A stretch of 64,000 nucleotides of DNA from Callorhinchus milii (taxonomy: Eukaryota), in assembly GCF_018977255.1 (NCBI RefSeq), contig NW_024704742.1, positions 23,500,001 through 23,564,000 on the forward strand, given 5' to 3'. The notes under the pieces were generated by a model. That model was not told the origin of the DNA and ran no database searches. It was given only the letters and a program-made list of their open reading frames with translations. Shown here piece by piece: positions 24,197 through 37,700 of this stretch (its first letter is position 1; the number at the start of each line of letters is the position of its first letter). Both the position numbers and the translations under genes were made by a program.

Positions 24197-25805
24197 TTCA
24201 GCCTTTATCAGGAAAGGCTGAACATACTTGGACTCTTTTCTCTTGAAAAGAAGAGGATAAGGAGTGACCTGATAGAAGTCTTTAAAATTATGAAAGGTTT
24301 TGATAGGGTAGACATAGGGAAGCTTTTTCCACTTGTGGGGGAGACCAAAACAAAGGGCCATCAATATAAAATAGTTCCAAATAGATCAAATAGGGAAGTT
24401 AGAAGAAATTTCTTCACACAGAGAGTAGTGAACATGGAACATGCAACCCAAAGAGTTGTTGAGGCAAATAGCATAGATGTATTTAAGGGAAAGCTAGATA
24501 GGTAGATGAGGGAGAAAGGAATAGAAGGTTATACTTGAAAGTATGTTGAGGAAGGGCAAGAGGAGGCTCATGTGGAGCATAAACACTGGCACAGACAACA
24601 ACAACAACAAACTTACATTTGTAGAGTGTCTTTCATGGTGGGATGACGTCCCAAAGCGTTGAACAGTCAGGGGTCGGAGCCCGAGCATGGGGGAGGGAGG
24701 GGTAGGGGTAAGGGAAGGCAGAGAGGTGGGAGGGCAATCAAAGGCACGATCGAAGAGAAGTGTCTTGAGACTGGCCTTGAAGGAGGCAAGGGAGGAAGCT
24801 AGGCGAAGGGACCAGTGGATGGAGTTCCAGAGTGTGGGGGCAGAGAGGCTGAAAACCTGGCCACCGATGGTAGGGCGGGTGGGGCGAGAGACATGGAGCA
24901 GGCCGGAGCCCGCTGAATGGAGGGAGCGGGCAGGTTGGTAGGGAGTCAACTGGTCACAGAGGTAGGAGGGGGCAAGGTCATGGATGGCCTTGAAAGTGAG
25001 GACGAGGATCTTGAATTCGATCCTCTGAGGAATGGGGAGCCAGGCGACAATGGGAGTGATGGAGTCACGGAGCTTGGTGCGCGAGAGTACACGAGCTGCT
25101 AATATTTGGATGATCTGCAGCTTGTGAAGGGAAGAGTTGGGAAGGTCGATGAGGAGAGAGTTTCCAAAACAGAGCTGTGATGTGACGAATTCATGGATAA
25201 GGGCAGCCTGAGGGGTGAGGCAGTGGCGGAGTCTGGCAATGTTGCGGAGGTGGTGGTACATGGAGCTGTACATGGTGCAGATGTGGGGGAGAAAGGACAG
25301 TTTAGGATCAAACAAGACACCCAGGTTCCTGACTGGCTTAGTGAGGTTAAATTTGCAGCCCTGGAGGCTGATGCTACCAGGGCCTAAGGTGCAGGGGCGC
25401 TGGCGCGAGCCAATCAGGAGGGCCTCGGTCTTGCTGACGTTGAGTTGGAGAAGGTTGTCCCTCGTCCAGGACTTGATGTCGGACAGGCAGTTGGTAAGGA
25501 CGCCAGTAGTCCTGAAGTTGAGGGTGGAGGCAGAGAGACAGAGTTGGGTGTCATCCGCATACATGTGAAAATTTACCCCACGTTTGCGGATGATGTCACC
25601 AAGGGGGAGCATGTAGAGAGTGAAGAGGAGGGGACTGAGGACAGAGCCCTGAGGAACACCACATGAGACGGTGTGGGGGCTGGAGGAGAAGCCATTTGCT
25701 GTGATGAAGTGGAGGCGGTGGGAAAAGAAGGACCTGAACCAGTCAAGACCAGTTGGGCCGAATGGCCTGTTTCTGTGCTGCATATTCTAATATATTCTAA
25801 TGTAA
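24197..25805 (+). mobile_element. CR1 3' fragment split by the L2 insertion (pieces 24197-24597 and 25748-25805)
   Basis: YQERLNILGLFSLEKKRIRSDLIEVFKIMKG...NFFTQRVV. The 3' UTR ...aaacactggcacagac resumes as gaccagttgggccgaatggcctgtttctgtgctg after the L2. Confidence 0.9.
24598..25747 (-). mobile_element. 5'-truncated L2 LINE (RT C-terminal half + 3' UTR, (GTT)n tail) inserted in a CR1 3' UTR
   Basis: ORF 24494..25783 contains [53 protein letters not shown]. The tail appears as (aac)n at about 24598-24610. Confidence 0.95.
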
Positions 25806-26239
25806 ATGGAAGGTAAGCTTTTCCCCCATATTCCTGCTATTGTTCCTCTTTAAATATCTACCTTGTTTCCTCTAAAGCTAATATGGCATCTACCATAACC
25901 ATTGCATCCAGAGCGCCATTCCACATTCTAACATCTCTGTGTAAAAAAAAGTCCTCATTTTCCCCCCTTGCTACCTTTCTAACTATTTTAAATTGATTTG
26001 TCACTCATTCTCACTCAACTACTGTTTAATTTGGGGGAACAAAAAATACACACATACCCTCTAAATTGATGCGTATGAGTATTTTCTTAGTCTATTTAAT
26101 TTAGTTGATAACAGAAGCAGAGCACAAAAAAAATGATTTTTTGCAAATTCTAGGACAGACAGGAAAAAAATGGATACTTGGTATTTTAATATAGCCACAT
26201 TTCATAATTGGAAAGAAATAATAAATACAGATAAGCTTT

Positions 26240-26660
26240 GCATGAAGCAAAGTCCCACAAGCAGTCATAAAGTAAACAGCAAATTTATTTGGAGGACTGT
26301 TGACTAAAGTTCCAGGATAATTTATTTTCTTTTTGAACAGATGTCATGGGGTCTTTCGTGTTCAACTGAAAAGGCAGATGAAATCTCAGGCTCATTTCTC
26401 AAACAAAGAATGGCACCTACATGACTAAAGTTCTCTTCCAGTACTGCAAATGGAGTGTCACGATGGACATAAGCTCAGCTCCCAAGATCTTGGAGCTTAA
26501 ACCACGGCCTCTCACCCAAAGGCCATCCGAGCCAGAAGCAACAGGGCTACCATCCGAGCCACAGATGAGAGTATTGCATTTGAGCCAGAGGAACGGTGCC
26601 TATCATCTGAACCAGAGGTGAGAGTGCTACCATCCAAGCCATTATGAGCCAAACTGAGCC
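26240..26660 (-). mobile_element. Deu-domain SINE with a tandemly reiterated head (5 units of 26-27 bp)
   Basis: Deu body at about 26240-26500. ccatccgagcca-like motif at 26523, 26550, 26576, 26603 and 26630. Confidence 0.75.
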
Positions 26661-28639
26661 TAACGAAGTCACCGTGGAGAAATTTCAAAACACAGTAAAG
26701 AATACAACATCTTGGTTTTATAAACCTGTTCCTTGAATATGATTTCATGCATTGAACTTGATGTTGATCTTCAGGAGTGGTTGGTGTAAAACAAATATTC
26801 CCAGCATAAGAAATCCTATTATGATGCACAATATTATCAAAGGTATTTGTCATTTTAAATGTTATATATTATTTATACATTATATATTATTCAATCAATG
26901 TCTACACAATTCGGTTTCCTCTAATCTTTTGTTAGTTCAAAGATATTATGTAAACTGTAGTTCTTTTCTATCTGGTATAAAATATCTTGCAACATAGATG
27001 CAATTTAACAAATATTTGGTAAACAACAGGTTTATTTTGGATCATTTCGTATTGCCCGCACTATTCAAGAGGGCATTCATGCTTGCTAGCAGGTAATGTA
27101 AAAAAAGATAAGCATGTTTGTAGTCAGAAGATCTAGTGTTATGAAACTCGCAACATCACCTCTCTCCTTACACTTTATATGATCAATTTTAAGCTGTGGT
27201 CTAGAGGGGAAATCTTTTAATTACATTTTCTTTTACTGAGGATCACATATGTTTGAAGACCCATTCAATGTTTCTCTAGTAAATGTTCTGGCAGATGTAT
27301 TACATATCCAGAAAAGTGGGGATTGGGAGGAAGAGAAGAAAACAAGCGGCTGGAGAAATGTGTACAATAAACGTCTTATAAAGTGCCCTATAACTTACAG
27401 TTGGAACCTCCTCCACAATTTAACCATTAACTTTTCAAATTTGACACCTAATCCATAGATATAAATCACGTTAGCAGGCTACTTTTTCCCTTTATCAATC
27501 TCTGTCTCTTTAAAGAACATTAAAGTCAAGCTCGACCTAAAAAGAAGTGATAAAAAGGAAATCAAACAAGGGCACTTTGTAAATGAAAGGATGTAGCTGC
27601 ACAATGTTTAATAGTAAATCCAAAAGTCATGTAACAACACTAGAGCCAGGGTACTAATATGGCATTACAAAGAAGATGCTGCTTTCAGTTAATTATTTTG
27701 GACCTAGTTGACAACTTCTACTAAACCGCAGTGTTTTGAAACTACATTGATAAAATGCTTTCAAATGTGCCACATACATTCTTTTATTTGGTTCTAATTT
27801 TCTCATGTTCCTGGCATTGAAAAATCCCAAAGGGTATCATTTAATAGAGAAAACCCAAGAGACAATGGCCATTCATGCTACTGTTACAAATTCACATCAA
27901 ATAAGAATCTGAACCAAAATAAAGAGCCACTCAATCCTTCAGATGAAAAGATCTTTGCACTTGACCTTTGTTCCAAGTTTAAAGTTGGTTCTATTTTATA
28001 GAAAAAATTAAATGCTGCCAAGGGAATTTGTACAAAGCATCCAGAATAAGACATGGAAAAATGAAGGCTTAATGCTATAACAGTGAACAAAAGTCACCCA
28101 ATGACAAAGACTGACAGCCACCTTCAATTCAGAAGTGATGCCTCTGTCATCCTTTGCCTCAAAGTATTGATTTGTCTCAGCAAGGAAAGAAGTCTAATCC
28201 AACAAAACAGATATAGCAGTAAACCTATGATTATAGCCATCAAGGTTAACACAGGCAGAACACTTATCAAAATAGCATTTCTATTTATGTGGTTTTAACA
28301 GACTGATAACATTTGTTAAATGTCCAATAAAAAGTAAAATGTTTACCCTAACAACTGATTCAGTGACATAAAAACTCAAACTCAAAAATCTTGATAAATT
28401 AACAAAAATATATTTTTTTTAAAAATCAGAACAACATGATTCTATTTATGTGCCTTTGATAAAGAAATGAACTGCCAACCCTGGAACAGCAAAATAACCC
28501 AGAAATTGAAAATGTCCCTGCTTTTCTCTGCTTATTTCTATGTTAGCTATAATATTTTCTCTGCTTATTTCTATGTTAGCTAACTACATTTGCTTCTTAC
28601 CCATTCGTAAACTTTTCTGATGGATCTGAAAGCAAGGGG

Positions 28640-28905
28640 ACATAATCTTACAATTACATCTATGCTAGTTGGAAGTGAGATCAGAAATCATTTCTTTCAC
28701 AAAGAGGATTACGAAAATAGAAAATGCAGAGCTCCCAGAAGCTTCGAGAGGCAGGCTCAATTTGGATTACCAAAATAAATACTTGAGGAATAAGGATGTT
28801 AAGGAGTATGAAGAAAAGGTAGGGCAATGGGATTAAAAGGTGTGATCAAATAAAATGGCAGAGCAAGCATGAAGGGCTGGAATGCCTCTTATTCTTTTGT
28901 TCCTA
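28640..28905 (+). mobile_element. Old CR1 3' end
   Basis: aagggacataatcttacaatt...tcagaaatcatttctttcac...gaagggctggaatgcctcttattcttttgttcctatt. Confidence 0.55.
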
Positions 28906-29679
28906 TTCCAATATCCCTGAATACCATTTATCTGCAACAATGTCATGCAAATGGATTTTGAATACAGTGTGTACTGTAACGTAAGCAATGTATAGGACTT
29001 ACTTTTCAAATGTTGCCCAAATTATAATAATAATCATTGCATTTGATATAGCACTTTATCACGTCACTGAGACATTTAATTTACTTCACTCTGTCTAACC
29101 ATTGAAAGATATGTATATTATTCTCAAATTCAATCGTTTACATTCACCTGTGTTAAAACTTGCTACAAATTGTGTAAATGATCTAAATCCTACTGTAAAG
29201 CTTTGGCTCCATTTGACTGCATTACAGCTGGAGTTATCAAGGTCATTTTTGCAATTCAACCACTTCAGCCTCCCCCCAGGACTGTTTTGTCTCCTAGATT
29301 TTTTAAATCAGATCTCTGTCCTAACCTAGATCACTGTGGCATTTAAATGAGAGCTCTTTTCACATCTCAATCTCCACATGACCATCATCCTAGTCCTCAC
29401 TTCTCAATGGACTGACTATGAGTCCTCACGTATAAATCCTTTCACATCCAATTACCACCGAATCTCTGGGATCTTCCACTACCCATCCCTTCCACTTCCC
29501 CCTCCATTTGGCTGCTGCATGTTCCCTACTCCTTGCGGTTGGTGACTGCTTTCAGCAACTACATTCCTAACCTCTGGAACTCCCTTTGATTATCCCTCCA
29601 TCTTGCACCCTATCGGTCTTTAAATCCCACCTTAAAACCTACTCCTTCAACCACACTTAGTCACATCCCTTCTCCTTCA

Positions 29680-30050
29680 CACTTGTATAGCGCACTCCAC
29701 GTAGAATAGAGTCTCAGAGCGCTTAACAGTGGCGGAACCTGACTCCAACCCAGGGGAGGGGGGAGGTGGGGTAAGCACAGTCCAAGAGGAAAGTTTTCAA
29801 AAGAGGGCCAAGAATGGAGCCTTGGGGTACCCCGCAGGTGAACGTGCGAGGGCAGGAGGAGAAACCATTTGCTTAGGTGAAATTGAGGCGGTTGGTTAAG
29901 ACTCAAGCCATGCGAGTCGTCTCACCAAAGTAGATGAGGGAGGAGAGCCGATTGAGGAGGATGGTGTGGTCGACTGTGTCGAATGCAGCAGAGAGATCCA
30001 GGAGGAATAGAAGGCAGAGGGAGCCCTGGTCACAGATAGAGAATGTCGTT
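29680..30050 (-). mobile_element. Internally deleted L2 fragment
   Basis: ORF 29903..30115: SICDQGSLCLLFLLDLSAAFDTVDHTILLNRL; tail at about 29680. Confidence 0.85.
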
Positions 30051-31854
30051 TTTTTGAATTTTGAAGGTGAACCATTGGAGACTATGCTCAATAACTGACC
30101 ATCTCTGTGAAGCACACCAAGGTGATTTCCTGCATGAATGCACTACATAAATGTAAGTTGTTTTGTGTGCAATTTTTGTCACAATAATATTCCCTTTTTC
30201 AATCAATACTGATCATTTCTCCACAAGTTACTGCCACACAGATAATCTTATCAGCATGTCCTTTGGAATAAGTTCCATTATTTACTGTCAGATAATGGAC
30301 CTGCTTGTTGATTGTGATTATTTTGTCACTTTAATTTATGGGTGCTATGTTTTTGATTTCGAAACTTGTGGAAACTCCTCAAAGCTTATAATAATACTTA
30401 CATTTAATATTGCACCTTTCACATCAGAAGGATTTCAAATGATTTACTGTGAAGTGTAGTGACTGTAGTTTATAGGCAAATGCTTTTGCCAGGATGACAG
30501 GTAACATCCATAAACTTCCTCCATGGTTGTCCCCCCTTCCCTATGTAACAAATCTTCTTGTAACCTGCTTGATTCTTTTTGAGTTACAAGATTTTAAATG
30601 TAACATTGAGATGTCTTCTCACTGTTTTGGGGAAGTTTCCCAGGCCAGAAATAAGTGATCGCACAGCTTAATCTTCTTTCTAAACTCTAACTTACACTTA
30701 CACAATCATGCTTTTATAAAACATTTAGTGCTTTGTTCTGGAATTCTTATATATTAACTGGAATGTAAAAGTTAGCTCACAACTTGAACATATTTTGTAC
30801 TTAAAGCTCCTGAGATATCACCTACGTTGGAATCATTCCAGCATTTCTTTTCATTGTGATGATGATTTTGTTTAATGCTACTTTTGACAGATGTTACTGC
30901 GAGTCACAATTGGTTATTTTGATGTTTTCGCAGAGCTGGATATTCAAAATCTGTCATACAGGCACACAGATCACCATAACAATATGTTATAGAGGAGGGC
31001 ATGAAAGGGTGGAGAACATAGTTCCTGTGGAGGGAATTGACATATAGTGGGTGTGGGTTTTGGGAGGGGGAATTTTTTTTTAATTATATAAGAAATCAGA
31101 GCCACATTCTGTCCATCTAGGTGTAAGTGTTTGCAGGGCACAACTGTTTCTCACTATCCAAATTAATATCTTGACAAAAGTAGAGAAATAATAATGTAAT
31201 AATATTTAAGAACATTATAAAAAGGCAAGTAAAATCTTTTAAGTACAAAATTCAAAGAACCTTATTCACAATATCATTCTTATTATCAAATATCTGCATA
31301 TACCAATCTTATGCACTTGATATAACCACTTGTCAAAATTCTTAAATTGCTATGCAGGATTTACTGTAAAGAGCTGTAACTGTATTTGTAGTCAAACAAA
31401 TGCATATACATTAGAGGAAAGGGAATAGAGGGATATGGGGGAGGCGCAAATTGGGGTTTAATACTGATTTTCGATTATATATAATCCAACCGATCCAGTG
31501 AGCATATACTCAGTTAGTGGCCCACTGATCTGCTGGACCGTGGAGTAGAGATGCTACATTCATCCAGTATAGAAAACTCTCAACCGTAACTGCTGGAGGA
31601 GGTCATCGCCTCCCAGATAAGTCACATGACTTGTTAAATAAATTTTCATCAGTGAAATAAAAATTGCAACCCACAAAGCTTTGTAGAGGTAAAGCATGCT
31701 CGAGTTTAAATATGCTGCACCGTGGAGGCTAGTTACAAATTCACACTGGTGATTGAGATGGGAAAAAGAGGAAGCATAGGAGAAAGACAAAAAGAAAAGG
31801 TCAGTTTTAAAAATGTATCAGTCCCCATTGTATAGTGGATAGAGTTTCATCTTA

Positions 31855-32090
31855 TGGTTTGTGCTGAGTTTGCTCGTTTCAAACATCTAAATTGGCTCTG
31901 GCCTTCTGAGGGTCAGGATTCTTGGTCACCCTTCAGCACCCTCTACATATTCTGCGCGTATGTGTCAGCTGAGTGATGAGAGGTGGCCTCTATAGTCTAA
32001 TGACCTGTCAAGGACCACATTTGAACAACGATCACTTGGGTGGAGCACTGGAGGATGACAACACCAATACAACCGCAACCCAACAAGATG
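31855..32090 (+). mobile_element. AmnSINE2-like old SINE fragment
   Basis: ggtttgtgctgagtttgct, aattggctct, tgcgcgtatgtgtc, ctgtcaagg...cacttgggtggagcactggagg. Confidence 0.45.
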
Positions 32091-33904
32091 GCCAGACCAG
32101 ACACAGAGGGGCATATGCAAGCAGGGAGAAAATTAGAACAATTAATAAATATAAAGCAAATGCATCAGGCAAATATCCATAAGACCCCAAAATTGGCCAA
32201 TTGTCTTAACCTGTCCTAGATCACTCATCTAGCTATAAAACTGATCAGAATCGAATTAAAAATGAAGTGTAATAATAATTATTGCAATTGATACAGCGCT
32301 GTATCACGCTGTACACATCTCGAAGTGCTTCACAGAATATATTGTAAAGTGAATTGACTATGCATGTTGTGTGTGAAATGCGGCAGCCAGTGGAAATACT
32401 CCAGATAGTAAATAACACTACCTTATTCTTCATATCATCTCATTTCCAAACTACAGTCAAACCTGTACTACAACCTAGTTTCCCAAATAACTAAGAGTTC
32501 AGCATAGCTGGGTAAATTATTTTTTGTCTAATTGCTGCACCATATAAATACAAATAGGATTAAACTCAGAATAGTGCCTTTCTTATCGGGAGGAAAGCAC
32601 TCAACACTTTTGATTGGGAACCAGACCTGAGAATAAGGAGGGGAAAGATGATCAAAGAGTCAAAGAGGTACGTCTAGAGCTGAGTCATGAAAGAGGGTAG
32701 GGAGGGAGTAAGTCGAAGGGACTGGAGGAGTGTTGTTCCAGAGACGAATGGCAGAAAAAACCTGCTTGCCGATGGTGGATGCGTAGGGCGGGGAACATGA
32801 AGCAAATTCAGTTCATATCCCATCAAACCAATATTTACCATAGACTGACATGTCACAAAAAGATTCAGTGAAGAAACCCAAAGCAGAAAGAATAGAGCAA
32901 AGCCAGTCAATGGGAAACGGGTGCCAATTTGGAATTTCTCCATCTTCCCAATTACTCTAAAGAGGATAATAAAGGTTCTACCAGAAAAACTGCAGAATAC
33001 CAACAAAAATATATATTTTCTACAGAAACAAATGAAATTTGATGACTTCAGAGATGTTTCTCGCCTTCTTAAACAGCACAGCTGAACTCCAGTGAGATGA
33101 ACAAATCATCATTCAAATAGACTAGAATCCAGATTATCCACTGTAATGGAGAGGGCTTTTCCCCCCAGTGGCTCCACTGCATAACAGATTATGTGTCTTC
33201 TACAGTAACTTTAAATTCTCATTTCATTTACAAATCCAACACAAATATTATACAGAAAAACAAAGCATAAATACTACATTGTGGAAGTGCAAAATACATT
33301 CATTGCTGAACAGAAATAAATTACTCAATACTTTTTCATTTCTGAAATGAGTGATGATCTTATAACTTTGTGAAATTACAGGATCCAGGATACCCATTTT
33401 TAATTGAGTTAACTTTTATGCCACCACAGACATGGCAAAACAGTGGGAGCTTCAATATCTGCCTTAACAGCTATCCATGAAAAACCAAGCACAGAAAAAT
33501 GTGGAAGAAAGCTGAGGTGCAGTGGAGGTGAGATGAAAGCTGAGGCAGAGATGTGCTGGAGAACTCTTTCAATTGTTTGACGCCAAAACATATAGGTAGT
33601 CATTTGTAGCCAAATTCTCAAAACTTGCTGGAAAGCACTTGTTAAAAAAATAAACAGAAGCAATTTAAGTTTAAAAAAGCACCTTACAATTCAATTATGC
33701 AACAATTTCAATTATCCATTGGGGGAAATCCTCTCCATTACAGTTGATAATCTTGAATCTATTCTATTTGGACAGTAACAAGTGTAGTGGCATTTTTACT
33801 TAATGACACTTTCACGATGCAGTTCATATGGAAATAACTAAGAAAAAGTAACTTAGGGATTACTTAGGGATTCTAACATCACAGCCCACGAAAATGAGTC
33901 ATTC

Positions 33905-34300
33905 AAATAACAATCCCTGCGTAGTACCTTTTACATTGGGAGGATGTCTCCGAGTGCAAGACAGGATTTACTGTACAAACCAATGACTTTGCATTTTGTA
34001 GATGAATATGACAGCCAATTTGCACACAGCAAAGTGGCACAACAGCCATGAAGTAAATGATCAATCTTATCTGCAGGACTGTTGGCCATGTCACCTGGAG
34101 ATACTTCCTTCTCTTTTCACATAGTGCCATGGGATCTTTAACATCCACTGGAATGAATGCAATTTAATGTTTCTTCTTAAGGATACAGCAATGCAGAACA
34201 CCGCAGCACTCTATTAGAATGCCAGTCCAAGTTCAAAATCCCATGTGCGGCTTGAATCCACAACCTGAGAGGTGAGTGCTACCAACTGAGCCAAGTTGGC
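33905..34300 (-). mobile_element. Full-length diverged Deu-domain SINE
   Basis: agccaatttgcacacagc, atagtgccatgggatctttaacatccac, head gtgctaccaactgagccaag. Confidence 0.8.
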
Positions 34301-34757
34301 ATCTAAAGAAAAACTTCTTTCTACTTGTTCAACTTCACCTGCACTTTAAATTCAAATGAAAAATGCTAGCATTTAAAAATAAATGTTATCAACTGTGAGA
34401 AGCTGTTATTATATCACTACCAAGATATTTACACAGGGATATTACAGATACGAATGGGTACATATTAGTGATTCCAAAGTTGTAGTTTAATTGAGGGGTT
34501 ATGTCATATATTGCGAAAACAAATCTTTAACAGTTTACAACTATCATCTACAGTATGGAGGTTTGGTCAGCTTTTTTTTAATTGCTAATGACGGGCGTAT
34601 TCGAAGACATGACTGCCAGTAGTAGTCTATGTAATACATTTTGACAATCACAATGAAGATGAATGATTATGATATAATCATGGCACGTTTATCAAGTTAT
34701 AACCTAGAACTCAATGTTAGATGACCACATAGGAGTTTTCAGTTCTAAAGCAGCATT

Positions 34758-35085
34758 ACAACAACAACAAAATTACATTTATAGAGCGCCTTTCATGTCG
34801 GGAGGACGTCCCAAGGCACTGGACAATCAGGGGTCAGGACCCGAGCATGGGGAGGGATGGGGTAGGGGTGAGGGAAGGCAGAGAGGTGGGAGGGCGACTG
34901 AAGGCACGATCGAAGAGGAAGGTCTATGAAGGAGACAAGGGAGGAAGCGAGGCGAAGGGACGGTGGGATGGAGTTTCCATGAGTGTGGGGGCAGAGAGGC
35001 TGAAAGCCCGGCCACCGATCGTAGGGCGGGAGACATGGAGTAGGCCAGAGCCTGCTGAACGGACGGAGCGGGTAGGTTGGTAGAA
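34758..35085 (-). mobile_element. L2 3' end
   Basis: acaacaacaacaaaattacatttatagagcgcctttcatgtcgggaggacgtcccaagg... is collinear with the 24598-24940 copy. Confidence 0.9.
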
Positions 35086-36739
35086 GAGAACTAGGATCCT
35101 GATATGTTTTATTGAATATTATTTTGGGCAGCAAGTTTGTCAAAATTGAAAATGCATCAATATTCAGTGTTTCAATATTCAAGGCAAGACTAAAGCACTC
35201 TGGATGGGTGGGTTTACCATATCTGTTACTTTTTAATTATACAAGTGGCTAGTCTTTACAGACCTATATTAACGTCCAGACATAAAATACATTACTTACG
35301 ATTTCAATTTCTGCAATTGCTTAATCCTTATCTTCATAAATTAAAAATCTATTCATTATAATAGTTTCATATCTGCTGAACCAGCCTAATTACAGCAACA
35401 ATTAGTTTATTTGCAGACCTCTTCAGAGAAACCAAACCTTAAAATCAACAACCTCTAAGCTTCCAACAGCCACATACAAGGTCAGTACCTTTTACATTGG
35501 GAGGATGACTGCACTGTCAGTCTTGAAACTATGAACTAGTAAATAGTTCAACCTAGTCGAAACTTAAATATATTTAATTAAAAGGCTTACTGCAGCCAGA
35601 CAAATTTATGTCTCAAGAAAGGCTAGGTAAAATGCACCATCCATAACTTGGAAACGTGTCTGGAATCGACTGATATGGTACCACTTCAAGACTTTCTAAT
35701 CAAACGCAGCACTTAATAACAACAAACATATTTCATTGTTAATGAAGCACTATAAAGGAGGGTTCGATTCTTTCCATCAAAGCAAAGCATCAAGGCAGAT
35801 CACACAGAGCAACAGAGGGGCATCATCGGAGGATCTTTTTCACATTAAGAATCCCATTAGAAGGAAAACACTAAAAGGTAATTGAATTTCCTTCAGTTAT
35901 CTTCATCTCTGTCAGCTACTGCTACAATAACTTACTCTCCAGAGCACAGATAACTCAATTCTTTCCAGCAAGCATATGTTATGAATCTTCTAAGCAAACT
36001 TGTCTAAATCATTCTGGTCCTCTATCAGGTTCTATGTGTATATGAACTCTGACAGAGTGCAAACATAAATAATTTTTTATCTATTTAATAATTCACCCTT
36101 TCACTTTTATGTTTTATATGAAGGTTCACCAGACATTCATATCATTGCTGAAGACAGCATGACTATAGTAGATAATATTTGTGGACTAATGCAAGATTTG
36201 AACAATGCATTCCGATCGTTAACTTAAAAATGACAAGCCAACAAAAGGAGCTATAGCTTTATTGGAATCGTAAAAAATATTCGTGGTGCTAAATCAATTG
36301 CTGACAAGTTTTGAGTTGAAGATTTTAAAAACTTTTGCACATCTGGAACTTTACAACAGCTGTACCATGATTTTTGGAAAGTGAAGTTGAAGTCTAGCTA
36401 AGTCAGGCTTGCTACAAACAAACATAATATGACAACTTCCAGCAATTTTTTTTACCCTTTTATGCCTACAGTTGCATTGAAATGTTATTCATTACAATAT
36501 ACCATGAAGGCAAAAAAGCAGCATGGCTATAATTTGCACAATGATGTGATTAATATCCTAATGTACAGAGTGGTGACATCTTAATACTGCAGGCCATTTG
36601 CACATTTCATAACCTACAAACAGACTCAGTAAAACCCTTAAAGGTTACAATATTGAATAATCTAATTTTATGTTATGCAAACAAATTCTAGAAAACTATC
36701 TACAGGGGTATCCTAGAGAACCATCATCTCACCTTCAAG

Positions 36740-37700
36740 CAGCTTGTTTTGACATGAGATACTGCTACTCAGGCCCTAGAACAGTGTTTTAGCCACAGCA
36801 TTACAGGAAATGATGTATGAAGAAAGGTTAGATACTATAGATCTTGGAAAGATGTCACAGATTGGATCTTTAGGTGTCAGACAGGGTAGAAAAAGTCAAA
36901 ACAAAATACCTACATTTTCATTGAAAAGGACAAGAAGTTCCAGGTTCAAGGTTGTGAAGGAACTATTTGGAACTATTTCTTTACCAGCTGGAACAGGTTA
37001 CCAGAAAGACTGGTTACATAAAGAAATAGTTTTTTATTGTAATGGGAAATAGCAGGCCTGCGATTCTAGTGGGTTGGTATTCAGTGTCAAACAGGGCCAA
37101 ACTGTACAAAAGCTAGACAATAAGGAACACAAGTTGTTGGATAATGTTGCCATATCAATTAAATGTAGGTCCCCAGACACCATACTCAAATTAGACAGTG
37201 TTCTGGCCAGGCCACACCAAGAGTACTGCAGACAGTTCTCATCACCACAAAGTAAGAAGGCTGCCCAGGCGCTAGAGGAAGTCCAGAGGAGAACACACCA
37301 GGATGATCCCAGTGTTAGAGGAATGAGCTATAAGGAATGATTAGACAATCTAGGGCTCTTCAGTCTTGAGAGAAGACATGAAAGATGGAATCTCATAGAG
37401 GTGTATACATTTTTTAATGGGATTGAAAAAGTAAACCTAGAACAATACTTCAGCACACACCTTGACAGCAGAACACTAAGTTTAAGAGCTACAAAGGGCA
37501 AATTCAGGACAAACACCAGTTTTTCTTTTACCCATGGAGGTAATTAACAACTGGAACAGGTTGCCAAGAAGATGAGGAACCTGGTCTATTTAAAATTGCC
37601 TTAATGCTGTGATGGAAAGATGGCAATGAATATTCTGAAAGGATGAGATCAGGTAGGCTGAAGGACGTTCTTCATTCAAACTAATATTGTGATCTTGTGA
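36740..37700 (+). mobile_element. Old CR1 3' fragments (two tandem pieces)
   Basis: LARPHQEYCRQFSSP, RGMSYKE, gggctcttcagtcttgagagaaga, ttctttaccca...aacaactggaacaggttgcca. Confidence 0.75.

Noticed and set aside
26515..26660. CRISPR-like repeat-spacer array
   Set aside because: Vertebrate intron, no cas genes, 12-nt repeats, and the spacers are homologous to each other and to the SINE head.
28522..28582. 28-bp direct repeat; similar small duplications at about 17324-17385 and 53883-53928
   Set aside because: Ordinary local slippage duplications with no further structure.
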